The notes under the pieces were generated by a model. It was not told the origin of the DNA, searched no databases, and saw nothing but the letters and a program-made list of their open reading frames with translations. From NCBI GenBank assembly GCA_965200665.1, contig OZ241370.1:2075709-2139708 (forward strand): DNA of 64,000 bases. The letters run 5' to 3'. Within the stretch, counting starts at the first letter, position 1; each line of letters opens with the position of its first letter. The position numbers and the translations under genes are program-made. This stretch comes from Rhodopila sp. (lineage in GTDB: Bacteria > Pseudomonadota > Alphaproteobacteria > Acetobacterales > Acetobacteraceae). Positions 39,663 to 49,901 of this stretch are shown piece by piece.

Positions 39663-40377
39663 AAACTACAAACGTTGAGCTACGCCCTGTCGGCCGCGCC
39701 GTCAAGCGCGTTCAAGCCTAGTTCATGTCCCGGAACATCATCTACGCCATGCTTACAAGGTTGGTCAGCCGACCATGCCAACCATCATACCCGAACCGCT
39801 GCCCGAACCTGCGGCCGGGAATCATCGACAGACTTCGATCATCCGCAACCAAACCGTCTGCCGGGCGCCTGTTGTCAGGCAAGCTTTGGATGTAGCGCGG
39901 GACCGGGATGAAGATAGTTGGCCTCCGGACCACAAAACGGCGACGTCCTGAGGCATCCTTGCACAGCGCAACGACTTCCGCATTGGCTGCCACCCGGAAA
40001 GATGTCGGGTCGTAAATTTATAACGATCTGACATAATCCGTTATGCCGCCTCATCTTTTTCGTGAACTGGTGCTCAAAATCCATAAATTGACATTGCCGG
40101 AAGAAGACCCGGCCAATCAAAAATTACTGCAGCGGCGTAAAATGTGCGCGGCGGCCCCTACAGTATAAAATTATTGAGCACCGGGTTGATCGCCATCTTT
40201 TTTGAACCGGTAGCACAACTATATTGCCAGTTCCCAACTCTGGTTTCGATCGGTAGCATTTCGTGGCAAACGACCGAGAACAGATCTCAAAGTGAACCAG
40301 CCCCAATATAGTTTCCTTGCTGCACATCGATTGGCAGCTTCGCCACTGGAGACAGGTGAAGTGAGGGAGCTGATACA

Positions 40378-42096
40378 ATGATGAGTATTATTGGCTTTCT
40401 GACCGACCCGCCCGGGCTGACGCCGCATGGGTTTTGTCTGCTGTGGGAACCCGGGTTGATCTGGCTGTTCGCCATTGCCGATATCGCAACCGGCATCAGC
40501 TATTTTTCGATCCCGCTCGTCCTCGCAAAAGTCGCGCGACGCCGTCACGACCTCATTTTCAAGCCTGTGTTCTGGATGTTCGCCGCGTTTATCTTGCTCT
40601 GCGGCACCGGCCACTGGATCGACCTGCTGACACTTTGGGTGCCGACATATACACTGCAGGCCGTCGTCAAGATGGCAACGGCGATCGCTTCCGTGGTAAC
40701 CGCGGTCGCGCTCTGGCCCCTGCTTCCCCGCATATTGGCACTGCCCTCACCTTCGGAAATGCGCAAGGCTCACGACGCAATAACCAACCTTGCCAATGAA
40801 CGCGGGCAATCGCTTGAAGCGTTGCGGCGGATGAACGAAACCCTGGAAATCCGCGTGGCTGAACGAACCACCACACTGACGCAACTTGTCGACGGTTTGC
40901 GCAGGGAGGCGCGGGATCGCGAAAGAGTCGAAGAGGCGCTGCGGCAAAGCCAGAAAATGGAGGCTGTCGGCCAGCTCACCGGTGGCATAGCACACGACTT
41001 CAACAATATGCTGGCCGGCATATCGGGCAGCCTGGAATTGATTCGAAGCCGTACAGCCCAGGGTCGCACGAACGAACTGGAACGCTATATTGAAGCCGCA
41101 CTGACCTCAACCGCTCGGGCCGCCGCTTTGACCCAACGGTTGCTGGCTTTTTCCCGGCGCCAGACGCTTGATCCGAAGCCCGCGGACATGAACCGGATGG
41201 TTCTCAGTATGGAAGAATTATTCAAGAATACAGTCGGCCCTGCCATTCACATCGAAACGAACCTGGCCGGCGGCTTGTGGCCGACCCTGTGCGATACGAA
41301 CCAGCTGGAAAATGCCTTGCTCAACCTGGTCATCAATGCACGCGATGCCATGCCTATCGGCGGATCGCTGGTGATCGAGACTGCGAATGCCGCTGTCCAG
41401 TCGCAAAGCAACCAGCCTGGTAACCAGCCATCCGAACTCGCGCCCGGCGACTACGTCAAACTGATGGTGGCCGACACCGGCGTCGGCATGACAAAGACCG
41501 TACTCGCACGCGCCTTCGATCCCTTCTTTACTACCAAACCGCTGGGTCAGGGCACCGGCCTCGGCCTCTCCATGGTCTACGGATTTGTTCAGCAATCGGG
41601 CGGCCGCGTCTTTCTGCGAAGCACGGAGGGGCAGGGAACCTCAGTTGCAATCTATCTTCCGCGCCATAGCCAGTTGCCAGCGGTCGAGTCACAGCTTGGC
41701 GCGGCGCTCGTCGCGCAGACCGGGCGGTCGAACGCGGTGGTACTGGTCGTTGAGGACGAACCGGATGTTCGTATGGTCGTCGTCGACACGCTCGAGGACA
41801 TCGGCCTGACCGTGCTGGAAGCCGTTGACGGTCCGTCCGGAATGAAGATCGTCGACTCCAAGGTCCGGATCGACCTTCTGGTCAGCGATGTCGGGTTGCC
41901 GGGTGGCATGAATGGCCGCCAGCTCGCCGATGCCGCACGGCAGCGTCAATGCGGATTAAAGGTATTGTTCATAACGGGCTACTCGGAAGGCTTCCTGTTC
42001 GGCAGCGGCCTGGCGGACGAGGGCATGCAGGTCCTGACGAAGCCATTTTCAATGAGCACGTTCGCAAAGAAAGTACAGGCCATCATCAATGCTTGA
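40378..42096 (+). CDS. Hybrid sensor kinase: ETR1-type ethylene-binding TM domain + HisKA + HATPase + REC
   Basis: DIATGISYFSIP and FILLCGTGH in the TM domain; GGIAHDFNNML (H-box), TTKPLGQGTGLGLS, REC with DVGLP and KPF. Confidence 0.9.
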   Translation: MMSIIGFLTDPPGLTPHGFCLLWEPGLIWLFAIADIATGISYFSIPLVLAKVARRRHDLIFKPVFWMFAAFILLCGTGHWIDLLTLWVPTYTLQAVVKMATAIASVVTAVALWPLLPRILALPSPSEMRKAHDAITNLANERGQSLEALRRMNETLEIRVAERTTTLTQLVDGLRREARDRERVEEALRQSQKMEAVGQLTGGIAHDFNNMLAGISGSLELIRSRTAQGRTNELERYIEAALTSTARAAALTQRLLAFSRRQTLDPKPADMNRMVLSMEELFKNTVGPAIHIETNLAGGLWPTLCDTNQLENALLNLVINARDAMPIGGSLVIETANAAVQSQSNQPGNQPSELAPGDYVKLMVADTGVGMTKTVLARAFDPFFTTKPLGQGTGLGLSMVYGFVQQSGGRVFLRSTEGQGTSVAIYLPRHSQLPAVESQLGAALVAQTGRSNAVVLVVEDEPDVRMVVVDTLEDIGLTVLEAVDGPSGMKIVDSKVRIDLLVSDVGLPGGMNGRQLADAARQRQCGLKVLFITGYSEGFLFGSGLADEGMQVLTKPFSMSTFAKKVQAIINA

Positions 42097-42214
42097 ACTG
42101 CTGACCCAACACGAGCGGTCGGTACTGGACCTATATGAAGTGACCAAATTCAATCCAACGTGATTTCTGCGGCATCTGGTTGGCAAGCGCGAAAACGCAG
42201 GTCAGTGTTCGCAG

Positions 42215-43438
42215 ATGAAACGTATCCTCATACTGGGTGCCGGGTTTGCCGGATTATGGGCCGCAGCCGGGGCCGCACGTGCGCGCCATGCGTTTGGCGC
42301 CGAGAGCGGGCAAATCGAGATCCTGGTGCTCGACAAGCAGTCATACCATTCCATCCGGGTCAGGAACTATGAGGTCGAACTGTCCGACACGCTGATTGCA
42401 CTGAGGACGGTCTTCGACCCGATCAACGTCCGCTACGCTCAGGCTGACATCACCGGCATCGACGTCGCAGCCAGGACCATCGGGTTTACCGCAAACGGCA
42501 CACATGAAACCGTCAACTACGACCGGTTGATCTGCGCGCTGGGCAGCGAGCTTGTCCGGCCACCCATCCCGGGCCTTGCCGATTACGGTTTTGATGTCGA
42601 CACATTCTCCGCCGCAGAGCGGCTCGGTCGGCACATCGCCTCGCTACCCCTCCGGACACCGATCGGCGGCCAGCATACGGTCCTGGTGGTGGGCGCCGGG
42701 CTGACAGGAATCGAGGTCGCTGCCGAAATGCCAGCCCGACTTCGCACGGTCTTCGGTCAAGCCTCCGGCGCCCCAGATACGCGGGTCATCCTGGTTGACC
42801 GCGGTCCGTCGATCGCATCCGCGATGGGCGGCGCACAGCCGGTCATCCGGCAGGCGCTGGAATCACTCGGGGTCGAAACCATCGCAGGCGTGTCGCTGGC
42901 CAGCATGAACGAGTCCGGTGCCACATTGACGACAGGTCAGCATATACCGGCCACAACCGTAATCTGGTGCGCCGGCATGCGGGCCCCGCCGCTCGCCGCG
43001 CAGATCTCCAAGGATGTGGATAAAACCGGTCGCCTGCCGGTCGACACTTTCTTGCAGGTCAAAGGCGTTCCCGCCGTCTTCGCCGCCGGCGATGTTGCCA
43101 ACCTGGCAGTGGATGACAGCCATAGCTCCGTCATGTCGTGTCAGCATAGCCGGCCAATGGGCCGCTTCGCCGGCCACAACGCTGTCTGCGACCTGCTGGG
43201 CAAGCCGATGCTCCCGCTCCAGATCCCCTGGTACACGACGATTCTCGATCTTGGGGCATGGGGCGCAGTCTATACCGAGGGCTGGGATCGCCATCTGGTC
43301 GCCAAAGGGGCGGACGCCAAACGTACCAAGGAAATCATCAACCGCCAGCGTATCTATCCACCTGTGTCCGGTGATCGACAGGCAATCTTCGATGCCGCCG
43401 CCCCCGTGGTTCAGGCACCCCCGCAACGCTTTACCTGA
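42215..43438 (+). CDS. NAD(P)/FAD-dependent oxidoreductase (type II NADH dehydrogenase-like)
   Basis: ILILGAGFAG, VVGAGLTGIEVAAE, FAAGD. Confidence 0.85.
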   Translation: MKRILILGAGFAGLWAAAGAARARHAFGAESGQIEILVLDKQSYHSIRVRNYEVELSDTLIALRTVFDPINVRYAQADITGIDVAARTIGFTANGTHETVNYDRLICALGSELVRPPIPGLADYGFDVDTFSAAERLGRHIASLPLRTPIGGQHTVLVVGAGLTGIEVAAEMPARLRTVFGQASGAPDTRVILVDRGPSIASAMGGAQPVIRQALESLGVETIAGVSLASMNESGATLTTGQHIPATTVIWCAGMRAPPLAAQISKDVDKTGRLPVDTFLQVKGVPAVFAAGDVANLAVDDSHSSVMSCQHSRPMGRFAGHNAVCDLLGKPMLPLQIPWYTTILDLGAWGAVYTEGWDRHLVAKGADAKRTKEIINRQRIYPPVSGDRQAIFDAAAPVVQAPPQRFT

Positions 43439-43487
43439 CCGTCACGTCCGCCAGACGCCGGCATCCATCTAGAAGAAAGGCCTTTTG

Positions 43488-44144
43488 ATGACCCTGAAGA
43501 TTTACGGCGTCCTGCGCTCCCGCGCGACCCGGCCAATCTGGATGGCGAAGGAACTGGGTATCCCGTTTGAGCACGTGCCGGTCATTCAGCACCACCGGCT
43601 GCCTGACCCCGCCGCCGCCGATGCGCCGCTGAACACCCGCTCCCCACAATTTCGCGCGGTGAACCCCGGTGGTCTGGTGCCTACCATCGACGATGATGGC
43701 TTCGTGCTTCATGAGTCGCTCGCCATTACGCTTTACTTGGCGCGCAGGCATGGCGGCCCGTTGGCGCCTCGCGACGTGCGGGAGGAAGCCTTGATGACGA
43801 TGTGGACGTTGTGGGCTGCCACGGAGTGCGAAGCCCCGGCGCTGCGCGCCATGCAGAATGCGACCGCCGTCAAGACACGGGATGCGGCGGTTTACCAGGA
43901 AAGCGTCACCGCCCTCCGGTCCAAATTCGCAGTTCTGGACAAGGCGTTGGGCCAAGGTGGCGGGTTCCTGGTTGGCCGGCGCTTCACTGTAGCCGATCTG
44001 AATGTCGCTGAGATCGTCCGCTATGCCCAAGCTGCGTCTGAACTGTTCGCCGATACACCGAACGTGCAGGGCTGGATTCGTGCGTGCCAATCGCGACCGG
44101 CCTTCACAGCCATGATGACCGAGCGCGATGCCGAGCCGCTGTAG
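43488..44144 (+). CDS. Glutathione S-transferase family protein
   Basis: SRATRPIW, NPGGLVPTI, ESLAI, FTVADL. Confidence 0.9.
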   Translation: MTLKIYGVLRSRATRPIWMAKELGIPFEHVPVIQHHRLPDPAAADAPLNTRSPQFRAVNPGGLVPTIDDDGFVLHESLAITLYLARRHGGPLAPRDVREEALMTMWTLWAATECEAPALRAMQNATAVKTRDAAVYQESVTALRSKFAVLDKALGQGGGFLVGRRFTVADLNVAEIVRYAQAASELFADTPNVQGWIRACQSRPAFTAMMTERDAEPL

Positions 44145-44257
44145 GATTCGTTGCTCGGCCGTTTTGCCAACGCCAAGCATCCAAGAAATAAATCTTGCGC
44201 ATCAAGGAAAAATAGCCTAAAACGCTCAGACGTGAACCCCCACACCCGAGGCGTCCA

Positions 44258-44833
44258 ATGCTCTCGTCCGCCCTGCCACAAACCTTGTTGGATACCATCC
44301 TGAGCCGCCTCGGCATCCTCTTTCTCGAGGCCGCCATGGGCAGCGAGACCGCCGCGCGTCAGGCCGCGGCCGCCGCTCTCGCCGATTATGGCCCGGAAAC
44401 CGGAACCGAGCTTCGTCTCGCGGCCAATATCATCAGCTTCAGCCTGCATGCGCTGGAGGCACTCGGGCAGGCGGCCCACCCGGATCTGTCGCTGGCAAAG
44501 ACACTACGCCTTCGTGGCAGCGCCGTCAGCCTCAGTCGCGAGTCCCATAAAGCCGAACGTCGGTTGCTCGACCGTCAGCAGGCTCGCCGCGCCGGCCAAT
44601 CGGGGGCGGAACCGGAACCGGAAGCGGAACCCGCACCGAAACCCGAACAAGCCGAACCCGTACCGGCGATAGCCGAAAAAGCCGTTGCGTTAATTGAAGC
44701 CACCAGGCAGCAGGCCCAGTCTGTCCCGATCTGGTCCAAGTCATACCAGCAGCGCGAGGCTGCGCGCCGCATCACCGAAAACCTCAAGAAAAACGCAGCC
44801 ACCTACGCTGCTGCCCAGCCCTCGGCCGCCTGA
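44258..44833 (+). CDS. Hypothetical helical protein with Pro/Glu-rich linker
   Basis: Clean 191-aa ORF with genome-typical codon use, convergent with der. Confidence 0.65.
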   Translation: MLSSALPQTLLDTILSRLGILFLEAAMGSETAARQAAAAALADYGPETGTELRLAANIISFSLHALEALGQAAHPDLSLAKTLRLRGSAVSLSRESHKAERRLLDRQQARRAGQSGAEPEPEAEPAPKPEQAEPVPAIAEKAVALIEATRQQAQSVPIWSKSYQQREAARRITENLKKNAATYAAAQPSAA

Positions 44834-44853
44834 CCTGCCGCTCCCGGGTTTCT

Positions 44854-46194
44854 TCAACCATCATCCGCAAAGGGATTTTTCGTCCCGCGGAACTGCAGCC
44901 GGATCGGCGTGCCCGGCAGCTTGAACGTGTCCCGCAGGCCGTTCACCAGATAGCGGGAGTAATCCTCCGGCGTCTGCTCCGCGCGAGTACCGAACACCAC
45001 AAAAGTCGGCGGCCTGGCCTTCGCCTGTGTCACATAGCGCAGCTTTAGCCGCCGCCCGCTGACCAGCGGCGCCTGATGGGCCTCCAGCGCGTGCTCGAAC
45101 CACCGGTTCAGCTCCCCCGTGGGCACTCGCTTGTTCCAGACCTCATGCGCTGCCCGCACTGCCGGCAGCAGCCGCTCTACCCCGGCGCCGGTCAGTGCCG
45201 ACAGGGTTACCACCGGGATGCCCTTCATCTGCGCCAGGCTGTCCTCCAGCCGCTCCATGATCGCCTTGCGCGTGCCATTCCGGTCGGGGACCGCGTCCCA
45301 TTTGTTCAAGGCGACGATGCAGGCCCGCCCTTCACGTTCGACCAGCCGCGCGATCTGCAGGTCCTGGTCATGGATGCCCTCAACGGCATCAAGGCACAGC
45401 ACCACGACCTCGGCCATCTTCAGCGCTTCAATCGCGGAGCTGACGGACATTTTCTCCAGCGGCGCCTCGATCCGCGCCCGCCGCCGCAGCCCGGCGGTAT
45501 CGACGATTTCCACCGCCCGCCCCTGATCGTCGTTCAGCACGACGGCAATCGCATCCCGGGTCAGGCCGGGTTCCGGCCCCGTAATCTGCCGATCCTCACC
45601 CAGCAGCCGGTTCAGCAGCGTCGACTTTCCGGCGTTGGGCCGGCCGACGATCGCCAGCTTCAGGGGGCGATCCTCAAGCGACGGGTCCGCCAACTCGGCC
45701 GCGGGCAGCCGGTCGGCGATCTCCGACATCAGGTCGGCCACGCCCTCGCCGTGTTCGGCGGACACGCCCACCGGATCGCCCAGACCAAGGCCATAGGCAT
45801 CCAGAATGGACGACGTCGCCGTTCGGCCTTCCGCCTTGTTCGCCACCAGCAGCACTGGTTTGCCCTGCCGCCGCAGCCACTGGGCAAAATGTTCGTCGGC
45901 CGGCGTCACCCCGGCACGGGCATCCAGCACGAACAGCACCAGGTCGGCCATCGAAACGGCGCTAGCCGACCCCGCGCGCATTCGCCCGGCCAGCGTATCG
46001 GGTGCGGCTTCCTCCAGCCCTGCTGTATCGATCAATCGGACCATCCGCCCGCGCAACTGCGCCTCGGCTTCCTTGCGGTCGCGGGTCACCCCCGGCGTGT
46101 CGGCCACCAGCGCGATCCGCCGCCCCGCCAGCCGGTTGAACAACGTGGATTTGCCAACATTCGGCCGCCCGGCGATGACGACGATTGGCAACAT
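44854..46194 (-). CDS. der: Ribosome biogenesis GTPase Der/EngA
   Basis: Two G domains: GRPNVGKS/DTAG/NKAE and GRPNAGKS/DTAG/NKWD; KH-like tail. Confidence 0.97.
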   Translation of the reverse strand: MLPIVVIAGRPNVGKSTLFNRLAGRRIALVADTPGVTRDRKEAEAQLRGRMVRLIDTAGLEEAAPDTLAGRMRAGSASAVSMADLVLFVLDARAGVTPADEHFAQWLRRQGKPVLLVANKAEGRTATSSILDAYGLGLGDPVGVSAEHGEGVADLMSEIADRLPAAELADPSLEDRPLKLAIVGRPNAGKSTLLNRLLGEDRQITGPEPGLTRDAIAVVLNDDQGRAVEIVDTAGLRRRARIEAPLEKMSVSSAIEALKMAEVVVLCLDAVEGIHDQDLQIARLVEREGRACIVALNKWDAVPDRNGTRKAIMERLEDSLAQMKGIPVVTLSALTGAGVERLLPAVRAAHEVWNKRVPTGELNRWFEHALEAHQAPLVSGRRLKLRYVTQAKARPPTFVVFGTRAEQTPEDYSRYLVNGLRDTFKLPGTPIRLQFRGTKNPFADDG

Positions 46195-46200
46195 TTCAAA

Positions 46201-47577
46201 CTACCTCAGCGCCATCAGGCGCCCATCATTGGTAACGATCAGGACAGTGCCGGCCGCCACCACCGGAGAGGTCGGCGCGGCAGCCTCGGACAGCGAGATA
46301 TGGCCCAGGATTTCGCCCGTATAAGGGCTGATCGACAGCGCGTCTTCGCTGAGGCCGGTGACGATCAGCCGGTCACTGACGAGCAGCGGCCCATACCAGG
46401 TCAGCGTGTTCTTGCGCTTGTTCGGGTCCGACCAGCGCGGCAGCTGGGTGATCCAGGAGATCCGCCCGTCGCCGATGTTGATGGCGGCGATCTGCTGTTC
46501 AGCCGAGATGATGAACATCCAGTCGCCGGCAATATAGGGCGTGTCCTCGCCGGCCACCTGGCGTTCCCACACGCGCCGACCGGTCGGCACGTCGTTGCAC
46601 ACCAGCAGGCCACCCATGCTGATCGCATACACCAGTCCGTTGACGATAACCGGCAGGCCGCGGATCGACAGGAAATCCGCGATCGACGCCCGTCCCTCCG
46701 ACGCACCCAGTCCGTCGGTCCAGACCACGCTGCCGCTGTCGGCGCGCAGGCAGGCCAGCTCCCCCGATCCGAAACCCGCGACCACCAATCCCCGCCAGTA
46801 GGCCGCGGCCGGCTGTCCAAGCATCGAGGTAACCGGTTCGGCGGCCTGGTGAGTCCACAGCAGCCGGCCGTCCGCGGCGGTAAACGCCAGCAGATGATTT
46901 TGGATCGTTGTGACGAACACCCGCCCATCGGCTATCATTGGCGCCGACCGGGCTGGAGCCCCCAGGTCCGTCCGCCACTTCTCCTTGCCGGACGCGGCAT
47001 CCATCGCCACCAGCGAGAACAACCCATTGACGGCATACACCGTGGTGCCATCCGTGCCGATCCCGGCGCCCACATTGGTGCTGTCGTCCATGTCCTTGGG
47101 CTTGGTATCCTCCCGCCACAGCCGCTTCCCATCGGCCATCGAGAACGCCGACGCCACCGCGTTGGAGTCCATCGTGTAGACCATGCCATCCTGCACCACG
47201 GGCTGCGCCATGATCACCTGGCGATAGCCGCCACCCGCGCCGATGTTCGACTTCCAGACTTCGGTCAGCTTGTCGTTCGCCTCCAGGTGCCCCATCAGGT
47301 GGGCCGGATTGCCGCCGGCCTGCGGCCAGTTGGCGTTACGAACCGCCGGCGGCAACACCACCTTCGGCGCACCGTCGTCCACGACCAGGCCACGCCGGTC
47401 CGCGAACACATTCTCCCGCTTGCCCGGCAGCGCGGCTTTCTTGTCGCCGAACCAGTCGTCGAACAACGAGCAGCCGCTCAGCGCGAGCGGCGCCAGCAAC
47501 GCGGTCCGACGGGCCAGCTTGGTCTTCGAAACAGCATCCAGACTCACGCCAAGGCTTCCCCGTGGGTTGGTGGTCAT
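46201..47577 (-). CDS. bamB: BamB-like PQQ-repeat beta-propeller lipoprotein
   Basis: Lipobox LSGC, repeated G...W propeller blades, conserved yfgM-bamB-der order, ATGA overlap. Confidence 0.8.
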   Translation of the reverse strand: MTTNPRGSLGVSLDAVSKTKLARRTALLAPLALSGCSLFDDWFGDKKAALPGKRENVFADRRGLVVDDGAPKVVLPPAVRNANWPQAGGNPAHLMGHLEANDKLTEVWKSNIGAGGGYRQVIMAQPVVQDGMVYTMDSNAVASAFSMADGKRLWREDTKPKDMDDSTNVGAGIGTDGTTVYAVNGLFSLVAMDAASGKEKWRTDLGAPARSAPMIADGRVFVTTIQNHLLAFTAADGRLLWTHQAAEPVTSMLGQPAAAYWRGLVVAGFGSGELACLRADSGSVVWTDGLGASEGRASIADFLSIRGLPVIVNGLVYAISMGGLLVCNDVPTGRRVWERQVAGEDTPYIAGDWMFIISAEQQIAAINIGDGRISWITQLPRWSDPNKRKNTLTWYGPLLVSDRLIVTGLSEDALSISPYTGEILGHISLSEAAAPTSPVVAAGTVLIVTNDGRLMALR

Positions 47578-48212
47578 TTTGCGTCCTGGCCGCCAAGTCC
47601 GGCCAACAGTGCCGATGCCCTGGCCCGCAGGCCGGAGGGTGCGTCGATGTCGATCGACAATGCCTGCAGCGCCTTGCGCGCGGCCTCGGTCCGGCCTTGC
47701 CGCAAGTCCAGCATCGCCAATTGTTCCCGCGCCAGGCTGGACCATGCATTGGTCGGTTCCGCCAGCGGCTTCAGCCGAGCCTCAAGCTGGGCGGGATCGC
47801 CGCGATCCAGATCGCGACCGGTTGCCATCAGGCTGGCGAAATCGCGCAGCAGCGAATCCGCACCGGAGTCCGAGGCCACGGCATTCCACAGCGCCTCCGC
47901 CCCCTGCAGATCGCCGGCATTCGCCTTCAACGTGGCCGCGCGCAGCCGCGCGAGGGTTCGGTACCCGTCCGGACCGGACGCGGCCAACTGGTCCAGCATC
48001 GGCAGCGCCGCGTCGGTATCCTGCGCCGCAACAAACCGGGCTGCGGCGGAGGCATCCTGTTGCCGCTGATGGCGGGACCAGTATTGCCAGCCGGCCGCCG
48101 CCGCCACCACCGCCAACACCATGGCAATGAGCAGCCCCGCATATTTCTTCAGCAGCCTCTCGGCGCGCTCTGCTCTAAGGTCCTCCTCGACCTCGTCGAA
48201 AATATCAACCAC
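47574..48212 (-). CDS. YfgM-like TPR membrane protein
   Basis: DIFDEVEEDLRAER...W/KKY, single TM helix, helical repeats; GTG start. Confidence 0.8.
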   Translation of the reverse strand: MVDIFDEVEEDLRAERAERLLKKYAGLLIAMVLAVVAAAAGWQYWSRHQRQQDASAAARFVAAQDTDAALPMLDQLAASGPDGYRTLARLRAATLKANAGDLQGAEALWNAVASDSGADSLLRDFASLMATGRDLDRGDPAQLEARLKPLAEPTNAWSSLAREQLAMLDLRQGRTEAARKALQALSIDIDAPSGLRARASALLAGLGGQDAK

Positions 48213-48346
48213 GCGGATTCTCTCGCCTGCCTGCTTCTGCCACGGCACCGGACGCCGGAGGCGGCGGACCATAGCGGCGTCGGGGTGTGGCGGCAAACCG
48301 GCGGCTCGGCAAGAGTTCATTTACTTTTAGGGTGTAGGAGGGTGGG

Positions 48347-48727
48347 ATGAAGGCACCCATCCTGGCTTGCGTCCTGGCCTTTGCCCTGCCTTTGGCTGGC
48401 TGCGGCATAACCGACAACCTGGGCGCGGCCATCGGCACCGGCGCAGTGGTGGCCAGCGTTGCCACGATCCACCGGACGCCGGTGGACGCGCTGTACTCGC
48501 TGGTGACCGGACGGGATTGCTCGATGGTGCGGCTGGATCAGGGCAAGACCTACTGTCGGCCCATCGAACCGGAGCCCGAGGAGCCAGCGTATTGCACCCG
48601 CAGCCTGGCCTCAGTGAACTGCTGGAAGGACCCCGATACCGTACCTGGTCATCCGCGCGGCGTGGCCGACGGTCCATCGCATCTGACAGCGGAGCAGGAG
48701 GCCGACCGGCTGCGAACCTGGCCGTGA
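48347..48727 (+). CDS. Hypothetical lipoprotein
   Basis: Lipobox LAGC; DCS...YCR...YCTRSLASVNCW. Confidence 0.7.
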   Translation: MKAPILACVLAFALPLAGCGITDNLGAAIGTGAVVASVATIHRTPVDALYSLVTGRDCSMVRLDQGKTYCRPIEPEPEEPAYCTRSLASVNCWKDPDTVPGHPRGVADGPSHLTAEQEADRLRTWP

Positions 48728-48779
48728 TGAAAGCCAACGGTTGAGCTTTGCCTGGAATGCCGGTATAGCACGGTTTGTT

Positions 48780-48856
48780 GGACCCGTAGCTCAGCTGGAT
48801 AGAGCGTCGCCCTCCGAAGGCGAAGGTCGCACGTTCGAATCGTGTCGGGTCCGCCA
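48780..48856 (+). tRNA. tRNA-Arg(CCG)
   Basis: GGACCCG/CGGGTCC acceptor stem, TCGCC-CTCCGAA-GGCGA anticodon arm, GTTCGAAT T-loop, CCA; 77 nt. Confidence 0.97.
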
Positions 48857-49280
48857 ATCAAATCAATATGTTGATCTAATTTTGTCCACACTGGAAGAGA
48901 CGGTAGCTACCGCATAGCTACCGGAAGCTGCCAAACCTAAAGGGGAAACCGCTTCCGGCGCCCCCAGTTTTGGACCAGCGTCTAGCGCGAACGATGGCGG
49001 ATGGCTCGAATCTGGTATGAAGCTGCATGCTTCCGTTATCGTCCCTGAACGACATTGCGCCACAGGGCGGCATTACCCTGTTAGGGCTCCGTGAAACGAC
49101 TACGGCCCGGATTGCATGGCATATCGAGCCGCGGAGGCCGATAACCGTCCTTTGGTCATCGGCAGGAGCGTCCACGGCGCTCAACCCATTCTCTCCGCCG
49201 CTGACGAGCCCACGGTTCGCGGCTAAGAATGGGTTTATCTTATCTTTCGTGGGCCCAGTCTGTCTCTCGTAGCCGAATCG

Positions 49281-49898
49281 TCAGTCCTGGAAATTGGCCT
49301 TAAGTTGCTCGGTCAGCAGATGGGTGATCCACGCCTCAAGGGGGGCCATAGCCTGGTCGACATTGTTTGATTGAGCATAGATAGTGTCAGCCTGCCGGAG
49401 TGCCTGTTGATATTGCTGCTTGTTTTGCACAATTTGTTGCACGACGGTGTTCTTCGCCGGAAGCAGTTCTCCGTGCCGAGCGCACATCACCAAATAAGAA
49501 ACGGCTCGGGAAGTTCTCCCATTTCCGTTGCGGAACGGGTGTATCCAGTTGATCCGCCAAAGGCAGTATGCCGACAAGTGTATCAGATCTCGCTTCTGCC
49601 AGTTATTATTCACATATCCGCACATAGTTCCCATAAAAGCGGGGACATCGGTCCAGTGTGCCGGCTTATGCGGTGAATTGGTCAACGTCACATCTGAAAC
49701 CCGATAATCACCCGCTTCCATTAAGAGCTTGGCCATTCCGATCCGATGCAAACGCCTTATCAGTTCCTCCGTCAAAACGAAATGAGCGCCACTTTTGGTG
49801 ACGCTCATCACTATCCTGTCTACCTCGGCCTGCTGATGGTAGAGATTTTGGAGCTTCTGTAAGAAGCTCGCTGCATCCTCGTTACCATCAGGATCCAT
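49281..49898 (-). CDS. Fic-domain protein
   Basis: WIHPFRNGNGRTSR motif; 205 aa. Confidence 0.9.
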   Translation of the reverse strand: MDPDGNEDAASFLQKLQNLYHQQAEVDRIVMSVTKSGAHFVLTEELIRRLHRIGMAKLLMEAGDYRVSDVTLTNSPHKPAHWTDVPAFMGTMCGYVNNNWQKRDLIHLSAYCLWRINWIHPFRNGNGRTSRAVSYLVMCARHGELLPAKNTVVQQIVQNKQQYQQALRQADTIYAQSNNVDQAMAPLEAWITHLLTEQLKANFQD

Positions 49899-49901
49899 TG
49901 A

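Noticed and set aside
45076-48069. 997-aa plus-strand ORF
   Set aside because: Antisense shadow of der, bamB and yfgM in high-GC DNA; no recognisable motifs. The same applies to 31947-33260, 20279-21553, 9080-10168 and similar long antisense frames.
49072-49083. ATTACCCTGTTA, part of an I-SceI site
   Set aside because: Only 12 of 18 bp match and nothing else suggests engineered DNA.
48863-49272. Integrase remnant next to tRNA-Arg
   Set aside because: Frames inspected show no R-H-R-H-Y tyrosine-recombinase or serine-recombinase motifs.
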